64,000 nucleotides of DNA, taken from Candidatus Brocadiia bacterium. GTDB lineage: Bacteria; Planctomycetota; MHYJ01; JACQXL01. This document shows, one piece after another, positions 46,498-56,169 of the stretch. The position numbers were made by a program, and so were the translations under genes. The stretch covers positions 260,916-324,915 of the forward strand of contig JBBAAP010000001.1 in assembly GCA_041658285.1 (NCBI GenBank), read 5' to 3'. The notes beneath the pieces are model-generated. The model was not told where the DNA came from. It worked only from the letters and a program-made list of their open reading frames with translations, and did not search any database. Positions within the stretch are counted from its first letter, which is position 1; the number at the start of each line of letters is the position of its first letter.

Positions 46498-47517
46498 ATG
46501 GAACTGACAACTATCGGAATCGGCATAGGCTTGCTTGTCTTGATTGTGGTGGGAATAATCGTGTCCAAGTTCTTCTTCCTGTGGCTCCAGGCCCTGCTTT
46601 CCGGCGCGCCGGTAAAACTGCTGGACCTGGTCGGTATGTGGTTCCGGAAAGTCGACTCATACACCATCGTCGTCAACCGGATTAACGCCGTCAAGGCCGG
46701 GCTGAACATCCCCACCGACAAGCTCGAAGCCCACTACCTGGCCGGCGGCAACGTCACCAACGTAGTCCGGGCGCTTATCGCCGCCAATAAGGCGGGCATT
46801 CCCCTGATTACCGAACGGGCCATGGCCATCGACCTGGCCGGACGGGACGTGCTCGGCGCCGTCCATACCAGCGTTCTGCCCAAGGTCATCGACTGCCCCA
46901 AACAATCCGAAGGCACCCGCGCCACCATTGACGCCGTAGCCAAGGACGGCATCCAGCTCCGGGCCCGGGCCAGGGTCACCGTCCGGACCAACCTGGACCG
47001 CCTGGTCGGCGGCGCTACCGAGGAAACCATCATCGCCCGCGTCGGCGAAGGCATCGTCACCACCATCGGCTCGGCTGATACATATAAAATGGTCCTGGCC
47101 AGCCCGGACAGCATCTCCAAGAAGGTACTGGAAAAAGGGCTCGATGCCGGCTCGGCTTTTGAAATCCTGTCCATAGACATTGCCGACGTCGATGTCGGCG
47201 ATAACATCGGCGCCAAACTCCAGACCGACCAGGCCGCGGCCGACCTCAAGATCGCCCAGGCCAAGGCCGAAACCCGGCGCGCTATGGCTGTGGCGTCCGA
47301 GCAGGAAATGAAGGCCAAGACCCAGGAAATGAGAGCCAAAGTCGTGGAGGCCGAATCCGAGGTGCCCAAAGCCCTGGCCTACGCCTTCCGCGAAGGCAAA
47401 CTCGGCGTGATGGATTATTACAACATAAAGAATATCCAGGCCGATACGGAGATGCGCCATTCCATCGCCGAACCCAAACAGCCCGAAAAGGGAAATCCCG
47501 AAAAACACAACCACTAA
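46498..47517 (+). CDS. floA: Flotillin-like protein FloA (UPF0365/YqfA family)
   Basis: It has an N-terminal TM segment and an SPFH-like region ([28 protein letters not shown]...). Confidence 0.85.
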   Translation: MELTTIGIGIGLLVLIVVGIIVSKFFFLWLQALLSGAPVKLLDLVGMWFRKVDSYTIVVNRINAVKAGLNIPTDKLEAHYLAGGNVTNVVRALIAANKAGIPLITERAMAIDLAGRDVLGAVHTSVLPKVIDCPKQSEGTRATIDAVAKDGIQLRARARVTVRTNLDRLVGGATEETIIARVGEGIVTTIGSADTYKMVLASPDSISKKVLEKGLDAGSAFEILSIDIADVDVGDNIGAKLQTDQAAADLKIAQAKAETRRAMAVASEQEMKAKTQEMRAKVVEAESEVPKALAYAFREGKLGVMDYYNIKNIQADTEMRHSIAEPKQPEKGNPEKHNH

Positions 47518-47586
47518 TTAACGATATTTCATACCGGCCTTTCCCCGGACAGGGGAAAGGCCGGTTCTCTGATTAAAGAGTAAGCC

Positions 47587-49041
47587 GTGCTCATCAAACA
47601 AAGGACCAAAAACCTAATCCCCGCACTCCTGCTTATCCTCTGCCTTGCCCTGCCCAGCGCCGTAATATTAGCCGCCTCGCCGACGACGGACATCGCCGGC
47701 CGGATTGACTCGTTGGTGGTCAAGCACCACCTGACCAAGTCGCACCTGGGCGTCAAGATAATCTCCTGGCCCGAACGCCAGGTCGTCTACGAAAAGAACC
47801 CCGACTATCTTATGGCCGTGGCCTCCAATATGAAACTCATCACCACCGGCGTGGCACTGTGCAAACTCGGGCCGGACTTCCAGTTCGCCACCTCGCTTTA
47901 TTACGACGGCGTTATACAGAACGAAACTCTCCAGGGCAACCTGGTGGTCAAGAGCAACGGCGACCCCAATATCTCCGGCCGGTTCTACAACGACAAACCG
48001 CTGGCCGTATTCGAGCAATGGCGTAATAAGCTGGCCGGGCTGGGCGTTACCAACGTCCAGGGCAATATCATCCTCGACGATACCGCATTCGACCGCGACT
48101 ACGTCAACGACTACTGGCCCAGCAACCAGCTCAACTGCTGGTACTGCGCCCCGGTCTCGGGCATCGCCTTCAACGACAACTGCATCGACATCACTGTCCG
48201 CCCGGCCGAAAATACCAAAGCCGCGACATCGCCCCCGACCAAATACGTCAGCCTCATCAACAACAGCTATCCGGGCTCCAGAAATACCCTGACCTTCTGC
48301 CGCCTGCCCGGCACCAACGTCATCACCGTCAAAGGCGCCATCTCCGGCGATATACTCTGCCACAAGGAATCAGTTCCGGTGGACAACCCGGTTTTATTCT
48401 TCGGCACGGTCCTTTCGGAAACGATGACCAAGAACATAACCATCAGCGGCAAGGTCGTCCTGGCCGAACGCGCCTACGACCCCAAGGCCGACCGGCTGAC
48501 CGAAATCTGCCGGAACAGCACCGACCTCAAGAAGACCATCACCGTCACCAACCAGCGCAGCCAGAACCTCTACGCCGAACAGATATTCAAACTGCTCGGA
48601 TGCCAGTTCAAGGGCAAAGGCACATTCGAGACCGGCGCCGCCGCCGTCGGCGATTTCCTGGACCGGCAGGTCAATATCCCCAGCAATACTTACCTGATAT
48701 CGGACGGCTCAGGCCTGGCCCGGAGCAACTGGGTCGCCCCCGGCCAGATGGTCCAGTTCCTGAGCTATATGGCCGGCCACAAGTATTTTAACGATTACCG
48801 CGACTCGCTCAACAACCGCGCCTGGCCCGAAGGCAACAACAAGAAGAAATCACGCATCTGGGCCAAGACCGGCACCATCAACAACGTTAAATGCCTGTCC
48901 GGATACGTCTGCGGCGACAACGGCAAGCCCAGGTATATATTTTCCATAATGAACAACGGGCTAGAATACGTGCCCGAAGGCCCCTACGGCGCGCTCGAAT
49001 TCCAGAACGAGGTGGCGAAATTATTAGCCGAAGAAAAATAG
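47587..49041 (+). CDS. dacB: D-alanyl-D-alanine carboxypeptidase/endopeptidase (PBP4, S13 family)
   Basis: It has a signal peptide, an SxxK motif (SNMK) and overall PBP4 architecture. Confidence 0.85.
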   Translation: MLIKQRTKNLIPALLLILCLALPSAVILAASPTTDIAGRIDSLVVKHHLTKSHLGVKIISWPERQVVYEKNPDYLMAVASNMKLITTGVALCKLGPDFQFATSLYYDGVIQNETLQGNLVVKSNGDPNISGRFYNDKPLAVFEQWRNKLAGLGVTNVQGNIILDDTAFDRDYVNDYWPSNQLNCWYCAPVSGIAFNDNCIDITVRPAENTKAATSPPTKYVSLINNSYPGSRNTLTFCRLPGTNVITVKGAISGDILCHKESVPVDNPVLFFGTVLSETMTKNITISGKVVLAERAYDPKADRLTEICRNSTDLKKTITVTNQRSQNLYAEQIFKLLGCQFKGKGTFETGAAAVGDFLDRQVNIPSNTYLISDGSGLARSNWVAPGQMVQFLSYMAGHKYFNDYRDSLNNRAWPEGNNKKKSRIWAKTGTINNVKCLSGYVCGDNGKPRYIFSIMNNGLEYVPEGPYGALEFQNEVAKLLAEEK

Positions 49042-49254
49042 CCACTGAGGCACAGAGAACACCGAGAATTAATTATATTTAATCTCTATGAACTCTGAGT
49101 CTCTGTGGCTTAACTTATGAGAAAAGAAGAATACACCACAGACAAGCTCGAATACAATCTGGTTTTATAAGGAATCCAAGAGAACAAGAATAATTATTTT
49201 TCCTGAATTCCTGGTCTCCTTATAAATAGAATTCTCAGTGCTCTCTGTGCCTCT

Positions 49255-50136
49255 GTGGCAAAGATTTATATGAGATATGAAGGCAACATCATCCGCCCGC
49301 CCAGCGAGGCAGACAGTTATCTGCTCCAGATAACCTACGGCTGTTCGCACAACAAATGCGCCTTCTGCGGCACCTACGACCAGAAATTCCGCGTCCGCCC
49401 GCTCGAAGACGTCCTGACCGACATCGCACTGGCCGGCAAATGCGTGCCCCACACCCGGCGTGTGTTCCTGTGCGACGGCGACGCTATGATTCTGCCCAAC
49501 AGCCAGCTCCTGAAAATACTCAAAGCGCTGGCTATGGTTTTCCCCGAGCTCCAACGGGTTGGCATCTACGCCAACGCCCGCGATATAATCAAGAAGACCG
49601 ACTCCGAGCTGGCCGAGCTGGCTGAACACAAGCTGACCATCGCCTATATCGGGCTGGAAAGCGGCAACGACGAAGTGCTCCGCCGTGTCAACAAAGGCGC
49701 CACCGCATCGGATATGATAACAGCCGTTAAGAAAGCACAGGCCAACGGCATAAAGATGTCCGTCATCGGGCTGATTGGGCTGGGCGGTAAAGAGCTCTCC
49801 CAACCGCACGCGCTGGACACGGCCAAAGCCGTCAACCTGATGAACCCGCGTTATTTCAGCCTGCTTACATTAATGATAGTAAACGGCACGCCGCTGGCCG
49901 ATGATTATAAGTCAGGCAAGTTCGAACTGCCCGAAGCCGAGGATATGGTCAAAGAAATCCGGCTGGTAGTCGCCAACATAGACAGCAACCAGACCATCTT
50001 CCGAGCCAACCACGCATCCAATTACGCGCCGCTGGCCGGCACCTTCAACAAAGACAAAGCCCGACTACTGGCCGAGATAGACAGCTACCTTAAGGGCGAC
50101 AACAACTTCCGCCCCGAGTTCATGCGCGGATTGTAG
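49255..50136 (+). CDS. Radical SAM protein
   Basis: It has a GCSHNKCAFCGTY cluster motif (C-x4-C-x2-C variant). Confidence 0.7.
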   Translation: MAKIYMRYEGNIIRPPSEADSYLLQITYGCSHNKCAFCGTYDQKFRVRPLEDVLTDIALAGKCVPHTRRVFLCDGDAMILPNSQLLKILKALAMVFPELQRVGIYANARDIIKKTDSELAELAEHKLTIAYIGLESGNDEVLRRVNKGATASDMITAVKKAQANGIKMSVIGLIGLGGKELSQPHALDTAKAVNLMNPRYFSLLTLMIVNGTPLADDYKSGKFELPEAEDMVKEIRLVVANIDSNQTIFRANHASNYAPLAGTFNKDKARLLAEIDSYLKGDNNFRPEFMRGL

Positions 50137-50242
50137 ATTAGTGTTACTTTGAGCAAAGCGAATTAGTAACACTTATCCCCGAAACGAAGTGGAGTGGGAG
50201 TTACTGCCACGTTATCCAGTGCGAAGCACTGGAAAAACAAAC

Positions 50243-50270
50243 AAGGGGCGACCATTACTGGTCGCCCCTT
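50243..50270. terminator. Bidirectional rho-independent terminator between convergent genes
   Basis: It is a perfect 12-bp stem (AAGGGGCGACCA / TGGTCGCCCCTT) with loop TTAC. T-rich tracts lie on both sides (GAAAAACAAAC upstream, TAGTTTGTG downstream). Confidence 0.75.
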
Positions 50271-50351
50271 TAGTTTGTGCTTAGTGCCGGTTCGAGCCTG
50301 CGAGTTACCCGGCACATTATCCCTTCGCGCCAGCGAATGGGACACTTCCCG

Positions 50352-51158
50352 CTAGACGGTAATGCCTACCTGGATGTGCAGGTAGAGCAGGCCGGTCGGG
50401 TCGAGCACCCAAGCGCAGAAGCACTTATCCGGCGTTGGAGTTGCTACAAAGGCATCGGCCCTGGTGGCGTCCCTTAACTTGGTTAAGAGCGATGCATTGA
50501 CCGCATTCTCCGACGCGATGAGGTCAGCGTGATACTCACTGTTGACTATCAGCTGTCCGCCCTGCATAAGCCTCTGCTGGAGAGCCGCCTTGAGCGCGTT
50601 CATCTCCCTGGGGCTGGTGATGTTGTAAGGCGCCCCGTCAGCCAGGTCAGCTTCCCTGATCCAGCCCTGGGCCCTTTCATCTCCGGCCAGGTAGAACGCC
50701 GCAATCGGCGCCACCGAGCGTCCCCGGATTCGGTCTCCGGTGAACCTCAAGGTCTTGTCCCCTATCTTGATGGCCCAACGGTCCTTGGCGTTGTCAACCG
50801 CATCCTTGAAGACCTTGGCAACCACCCCGTTAACCGTGGCAAACGCCTGGTTAATCTTGGTGTTCCAATCGTCAAAGGCCTTCTTGAGGTTCTCGGTATG
50901 AGAACCCCTGATACCTTCGGCAGACCGGCCTCGCTTGGAGACATAACCGCCCGGCACATAAAGGGCATAGCCCTTGGATGCCGGAGTGGCCATCCGGTTG
51001 ATAAACGTCCCGTCATCCGGGATTTTGGCCTGTCGGCGGTCGTTGATGCGTTCGGCATTGTTCTTCAAACCCTCAGCCCACCGGTCAGGCATATCGCCGG
51101 CAACTTCCCAGGTGGCCGGGACAAACAGTTTCAGTTCAAACTTCTTTTGGAATGGCAT
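50352..51158 (-). CDS. Hypothetical soluble protein (high GC)
   Basis: 268 aa with no TM segments and no family I can recognise. Coding is inferred from a long ORF with codon usage matching the host GC. Confidence 0.5.
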   Translation of the reverse strand: MPFQKKFELKLFVPATWEVAGDMPDRWAEGLKNNAERINDRRQAKIPDDGTFINRMATPASKGYALYVPGGYVSKRGRSAEGIRGSHTENLKKAFDDWNTKINQAFATVNGVVAKVFKDAVDNAKDRWAIKIGDKTLRFTGDRIRGRSVAPIAAFYLAGDERAQGWIREADLADGAPYNITSPREMNALKAALQQRLMQGGQLIVNSEYHADLIASENAVNASLLTKLRDATRADAFVATPTPDKCFCAWVLDPTGLLYLHIQVGITV

Positions 51159-51729
51159 AAATCACCTCTTACTCGCTGTTAGCCTTCAGACATCCCGAAA
51201 GCATTCGGGAGGGCTGAGGCGTTACAGCCGAGTTAGATCCCGTCTGTTCCGACGGGATAATCCTTGCAGAATTCTATCTCGTTATACGGATACAGTGTCC
51301 GAATTCCACCCAAGAAACCCATATTCGCAGGAGACAAGGGCAACCCTTTGGCCAAGGAAACCCGGGGCAACCCGGCATCCCTGCCCGACTGGTCAGCCAC
51401 CCCTACCAACCCGGTCAGGCGGGCTTACGGATACCCCGGAGGGTGCGTTTCCTGTGCCCGAGGGCGCCCTTGCCCTCCACTATATACTCTGCCGGACCCC
51501 CACCCCTTTTGGGGAAAAATCCGGGAATTCCGGAAAGAAAGTTTAGCCAGAGCAAAACCTCCTGTAAGGACGGATTAACACGGATAAATATGGCTATAAT
51601 TAAATCTGTGTAATCAGTGGCTAAAACTTGACAGCCCCACGGAAATGGTATATTAGAGGCTTATTAATTATTAATTGAAGTTGTGGCAAAGTCAAGCAGG
51701 TAAAATAATCGTATTAAAGGATGCGTTGT

Positions 51730-52515
51730 ATGAATGAAGCCAGCAGGTTCCTTCGTTATGTATTGCCTAGTTTAATAATGTTACTAGAGTTTTTTATATA
51801 CCTATGTATTTCTAACTTTGGGGATGCGAAAAAATTACTAGAATATATACGTGGTGACATAGGAATAGCTATTATTTCTTTCTTGGGCGTCGGCGCTATG
51901 GGATATTTTTTATCAATGTTTTATTATTCCCTTTGCCCTCTAGTAGATTATCGCCCCCTTATTAAGGCTTGTACGGAATGGAATTTGTTAAGATTACAAG
52001 ATAGAAGTACACACAAACCTATAGATGTTGATAAGATTTCGCGTGATGGCGCGTGGCGAATAGCAGTTACGCTCTGGCAGGAAAATAAGATGAAAGACGA
52101 GGGGATAAAAGGAGCAGATGATAGGCAAGAAAGGTTTAGCGATATACTTAATAGTCACGGTGTAGCTTTAATTGGCGCAATTATAGGAATCCTTGGATGG
52201 TTTGCTTATATCACGTATACTGGGTTTATTAGGTCTCCAGTTTTTTGGGACAAGTGGCCTTTTATTATTTCGGTACCTATGCTAATAATACTTTTGCACA
52301 TATCTAATTTTAAGAATGCTCGTGAAACTGCTCTAACAATAGGGGAAACTGTATTATTTAATGCATTATCGAATAACTTTAAAATACCTTCAGAATTATA
52401 TGTCGAAAATAAAATACCAGAAGAGGAAAGAAGAAAAATAAATGCTAAGAAAATCTTTAGCATTAATTTTGGCAAGTATAACAAAGTAACATTTGAACGG
52501 TTTTATAATAATTAA
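51730..52515 (+). CDS. Hypothetical 4-TM membrane protein (low-GC islet); possible membrane effector
   Basis: It has two TM hairpins (residues ~13-70 and ~157-205) separated by a charged soluble loop. The tracked start is 51721; I prefer the ATG at 51730 because of the upstream AAAGG. Confidence 0.55.
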   Translation: MNEASRFLRYVLPSLIMLLEFFIYLCISNFGDAKKLLEYIRGDIGIAIISFLGVGAMGYFLSMFYYSLCPLVDYRPLIKACTEWNLLRLQDRSTHKPIDVDKISRDGAWRIAVTLWQENKMKDEGIKGADDRQERFSDILNSHGVALIGAIIGILGWFAYITYTGFIRSPVFWDKWPFIISVPMLIILLHISNFKNARETALTIGETVLFNALSNNFKIPSELYVENKIPEEERRKINAKKIFSINFGKYNKVTFERFYNN

Positions 52516-52529
52516 TCAAGGGTTATCAG

Positions 52530-53546
52530 ATGACTATAAATTGTTTATTCTGTAATCAACCACTTACCCAAGATGCTCAAATTCTCACGACATGGATTTA
52601 TTTAGATAGCTGTAAAGAATGTGGGCTTTATTATAAAGACCAACGAGCCGATGTTACCACTAAAATCAATGCCGATGATAAAGTTCGTATTGCATCGTAC
52701 CTGCAAACAAAGAAGCTGAATAATTCACAAATAAGACCAGTTATTACTGACTTTAAAAACAAATCAGGAACAATTGAGGAATTAGAAGATAATGGAATAA
52801 ATCCTAATAAAATAACGCTAATTACAATTGAAGAAATGATAGATCAGTTCCCTAAAAGAATTGATGAGAAACTAAATAAGGCATTACAGAACTTAGGAAA
52901 ACTATCTCATTACTTAGGTGAACCAATTACTGTGGGTTTAAACTACCAACCAATTTTGTATGCGTTAAACTCAGGGGAATTTGAGGCAATATTATTCGCT
53001 TTGCGTGATGATGGCTATATAAAATGTACGTGGGATGGTATTGCTGGAACTAACCTCATTGTAATAACCCCTAAAGGTTATGAACGTATTTATGAATTAG
53101 GCAAGGTTAACCCGACCTCTCATCAGGCGTTTGTGGCGATGTGGTTTCCTGATCCTGTGAAAAATGAGACGGAGCATAACTTTTTGGATAATGTCTATAA
53201 AGAAGGGTTCGCAAAAGCAATTGATAATGCTGGCTATAAGCCTCAATTAATAAAGAATAAGGAATTCCTCGGCGAGATACACGATGAAATTATTGCAGAG
53301 ATAAAAAGGAGCAGGTTTTTAGTGGCCGATTTTACAGGCCAAAGAGGCGGGGTTTATTATGAGGCCGGATTTGCCCATGGATTAAATATCCCAGTCATAT
53401 ATACCTGTCACTGTGATTATATGAAGGACTGTCACTTCGACACCAATCACTATAATCATATCGTCTGGAAAGATGAGGCAGATTTATATACCCAATTATT
53501 GAATAGGATAAGGGCAACCATTGGACAGGGACCAAAAACAAATTAA
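52530..53546 (+). CDS. Zinc-ribbon / winged-helix / nucleoside 2-deoxyribosyltransferase-like (NDT/SLOG-type Rossmannoid) protein
   Basis: It has an N-terminal CxxC-x17-CxxC ribbon (CLFCNQ...CKECG). The middle is wHTH-like (AILFALRDDGYIKC...LIVITPKGYERIYEL). The C-terminus has FVAMWF (NDT beta1, cf. YFGAGWF) and RFLVADFTGQRGGVYYEAGFAHGLNIPVIY (NDT active-site region, cf. GLGMELGYALSQGKYV). Confidence 0.6.
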   Translation: MTINCLFCNQPLTQDAQILTTWIYLDSCKECGLYYKDQRADVTTKINADDKVRIASYLQTKKLNNSQIRPVITDFKNKSGTIEELEDNGINPNKITLITIEEMIDQFPKRIDEKLNKALQNLGKLSHYLGEPITVGLNYQPILYALNSGEFEAILFALRDDGYIKCTWDGIAGTNLIVITPKGYERIYELGKVNPTSHQAFVAMWFPDPVKNETEHNFLDNVYKEGFAKAIDNAGYKPQLIKNKEFLGEIHDEIIAEIKRSRFLVADFTGQRGGVYYEAGFAHGLNIPVIYTCHCDYMKDCHFDTNHYNHIVWKDEADLYTQLLNRIRATIGQGPKTN

Positions 53547-53699
53547 GCATTTTCCATCTTAATTCTTCCACCCTTCCTCCGTATTTTTTACCCATTCCTT
53601 CGTGCTTGCCCCCCGGAAAACCGCCTGAATCGCCATTTAATTGCCTTTCTGGCACATAGGGGGTGGCATCCCCCCTACCCCACACCATCCCTACCATAC

Positions 53700-54065
53700 C
53701 CTCAAGCCCATCCATATCTACCCAGGGCTTGGGGGTGCTTATACCTCCAACCCACCCATATCTACCTAGGGCTGGACCGTCATCCACCCTGGGATTGACC
53801 GTAATCCACCCAGGGCTTGAGGGTCATTATACCTCCAGCCCACCTACATCTTACCTCCAACCCATCCACATCTACCCAGGGCTTGACCGTCATCCACCCT
53901 GGGCTTGACCGTAATCCACCCAGGGCTTGGGGGGCATTATACCTCCATACCACCCACATCTTACCTCCAACCCATCCACATCTACCCAGGGCTGGACCGA
54001 CATCCACCTAGGGCTTGACCGTAATCCACCCAGGGCTTGAGGGTAATTATACCTGGTATGGAGGG
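53700..54065. repeat. Minisatellite: ~110-bp unit, ~3.3 tandem copies with nested 22-bp sub-repeats
   Basis: TCTACC(C/T)AGGGCT recurs at 53761, 53871 and 53981 (period 110), and ATCCACCCAGGGCTTGACCGT-like subunits recur within each unit. The ORFs called here (53395..54090, both strands) are repeat artefacts. Confidence 0.8.
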
Positions 54066-54203
54066 TAAGGCACCTTCGGAGTACTCGCAAATATTTTGAC
54101 TTATTTTATGTTTTAACCTATATTAAAACACGAAGCAGACGAATAATCTTTAATGCCACGAATAAGATTCGTGGGATTCGTTCTATTAGTGAGATTCGTG
54201 TTT

Positions 54204-54884
54204 ATGGATAACAGACCAGATGAGCAATTGACCGCGGCATATGTGTCCGGTGAACAGCCGGCATTCGACCACCTGGTCCACCGCTGGCAACCGAGGCTGT
54301 TCGGGTTCGCCTGCCGTAAGCTTTCCTGCATCGAACTCTTCGTGCCCGATACCAAACGAGGCGAAAGTAAAATCAACTCCGACGCCGACGAGGTGTCTGA
54401 GTCAACCATCGTATCCACCTGGAAAAACATCCGGCGCTTTAACGACACCCGGAAATTCTCGTCCTGGATTTATAAAATCTGCAAGGACGAGTGTTATATG
54501 TTCACCCGGTCCGAAGCGCGCCGGAACAAACATTGCGTGCCCCTGCCTGAGGATATCGACAAACTCAGATACGGCAAGGTGCGTGAATACGCCGAGGCCA
54601 AAATCACGATGGACTGCATCCTGGCTATCCTGAACCACCGACAGCACCGCTTGTTCGACCTGATTGTCGAGGACGGACGGCATTACGAGGCCATCCTGCA
54701 GGAGGACGAACTGTTCCGGGCAAATAACGAGCCGGAGCTGAGGGACGAATTCGCCGTGCTGATGGAAATGCTCTGGCTCAAACGGCAGAAGGAGATTGAC
54801 AACCTGCATAAGCACGACACCGAGTTCAGGGATATCAGCCTGCGGTACCACGCCGACGGCCCGCATATAAAGAAGGATAATTAG
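54204..54884 (+). CDS. RNA polymerase sigma factor, ECF-like
   Basis: Region 2 is present (AFDHLVHRWQPRLFGFA ... STWKNIRRF ... FSSWIYKICKDE). The tracked start is 54153; I prefer the ATG at 54204 (MDNRPDEQL). Confidence 0.65.
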   Translation: MDNRPDEQLTAAYVSGEQPAFDHLVHRWQPRLFGFACRKLSCIELFVPDTKRGESKINSDADEVSESTIVSTWKNIRRFNDTRKFSSWIYKICKDECYMFTRSEARRNKHCVPLPEDIDKLRYGKVREYAEAKITMDCILAILNHRQHRLFDLIVEDGRHYEAILQEDELFRANNEPELRDEFAVLMEMLWLKRQKEIDNLHKHDTEFRDISLRYHADGPHIKKDN

Positions 54885-55036
54885 CTAAGAAGAATTAGCC
54901 ACGAATGGACACGAATAAACACGAATATCACGGATTAAATTAATACTAGGAGAATTTACCACGAAGGCTCGAAACTATTAAAGCACGGAATATTTCGGGT
55001 TTTCGCTATTTCGTGGTTTCGTGGTAAAGGACTTAT

Positions 55037-55564
55037 ATGAACAAACGGCCTATTATTATAAAGATAATTCTAATCCTGCTTATCTGGGAAAACCTTGTAT
55101 TCGTCTTAGGCCTGGCTGATACATTTATTGTGCACAAATCATGGAGTTCATTTCTCATTCCAAGTATAATTCTCCTCGCTTACGCATACATTGCGGGTTT
55201 ACTGTCTTTGGTTTCGACCATAGGCGTTTGGCGCGCTAAGAAATGGGGCTGGTGGACCGGCGCTTTGTATTTCATATTTCTCGTAATAATAAATATAAGT
55301 TTATTTATTCCCTTGCCCGGGTTTATTGGAATGTTCAGTCAATCCCCTCTTGGAATATCTTTTTATATTGAGCGTGTGTGTTGGGGCCTATTTAGCGCCT
55401 TGATATTCCTGGCTTTCTTCAAGGATAACGTGCTGGAATATTTCGGCTTTCAACAACTGCCCAAAACAAAGGTAATTGCCATCTTATCTTTAACCGCCCT
55501 GTTAATTTTATTGATACTTGTCATACTGATGGCGAAATTTACTCCTTATCTAAACAGAATATAA
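55037..55564 (+). CDS. Hypothetical 4-TM membrane protein (paralog 1, low GC)
   Basis: 175 aa. Its start MNKRPIIIKIILILLIW and the block GVWRAKKWGWWTGAL are shared with the next gene. Confidence 0.6.
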   Translation: MNKRPIIIKIILILLIWENLVFVLGLADTFIVHKSWSSFLIPSIILLAYAYIAGLLSLVSTIGVWRAKKWGWWTGALYFIFLVIINISLFIPLPGFIGMFSQSPLGISFYIERVCWGLFSALIFLAFFKDNVLEYFGFQQLPKTKVIAILSLTALLILLILVILMAKFTPYLNRI

Positions 55565-55583
55565 ATACAAAATGGGAGCGTAT

Positions 55584-56105
55584 ATGAACAAGCGGCCTCT
55601 TATTATAAAGATAATCCTCTTCCTGCTTATCTGGGGATGTGCCTTATCTATTTTCAAGCTAAGTTATTTATTTATTTTGTATGGTAAAAATATTATCTAC
55701 GCGGATACGTTCAGCTTCGTTTATATATACATAGCTCTTATGGGATTACTGTCTTTAATTTCAGCAGTCGGTATCTGGCGCGCTAAGAAATGGGGCTGGT
55801 GGATAGGTGCTTTACGTTTTATGTGTAACGCATTATGGAATGCAAATAGATTTATTTGGATACCCCTCGGGTTTATTGGAACAGCCAGTAAATATTCTTC
55901 TGCGAAATATTGCCTTGAATATGGTGGTTTTGGGCTAGTTTCCGCCTTTTTATTCATGCTTTTCTTCAATAAGAATGCACTGGAATATTTCGGCCTGCAA
56001 CAACAACCTAAAATAAAGGCAATAGTTATCTTGTTTGTAATAGCTCTGACAATTGTAGCTGTGTTAAATATGCCATCGTTGATATTTATTTACCGCCATA
56101 TTTAA
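55584..56105 (+). CDS. Hypothetical 4-TM membrane protein (paralog 2, low GC)
   Basis: It has MNKRPLIIKIILFLLIW and GIWRAKKWGWWIGAL. I prefer the ATG at 55584, which has a GGGAG SD; the tracked start is 55572. Confidence 0.6.
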   Translation: MNKRPLIIKIILFLLIWGCALSIFKLSYLFILYGKNIIYADTFSFVYIYIALMGLLSLISAVGIWRAKKWGWWIGALRFMCNALWNANRFIWIPLGFIGTASKYSSAKYCLEYGGFGLVSAFLFMLFFNKNALEYFGLQQQPKIKAIVILFVIALTIVAVLNMPSLIFIYRHI

Positions 56106-56169
56106 GATAATACTTATAATTTCTGATTTTTACTATTTCGTGTTTTCGTGGTAAGGCAAGGGAGCTTAT

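Noticed and set aside
50352-51158. Considered a phage capsid or encapsulin identity for this 268-aa protein, given its size and position next to an islet
   Set aside because: There is no recognisable HK97-fold or encapsulin motif by eye, and no adjacent phage genes. It is left as hypothetical.
50974-51578. ORFs 50974..51546 and 51264..51578 (plus strand) in the 540-bp spacer
   Set aside because: They are Pro/Arg/Gly-rich GC-driven frames with no start context. The region is better explained as structured non-coding DNA.
53395-54090. Five overlapping 60-130-aa ORFs on both strands
   Set aside because: They lie entirely within the 110-bp minisatellite. Their repeated peptide segments simply mirror the DNA repeats.
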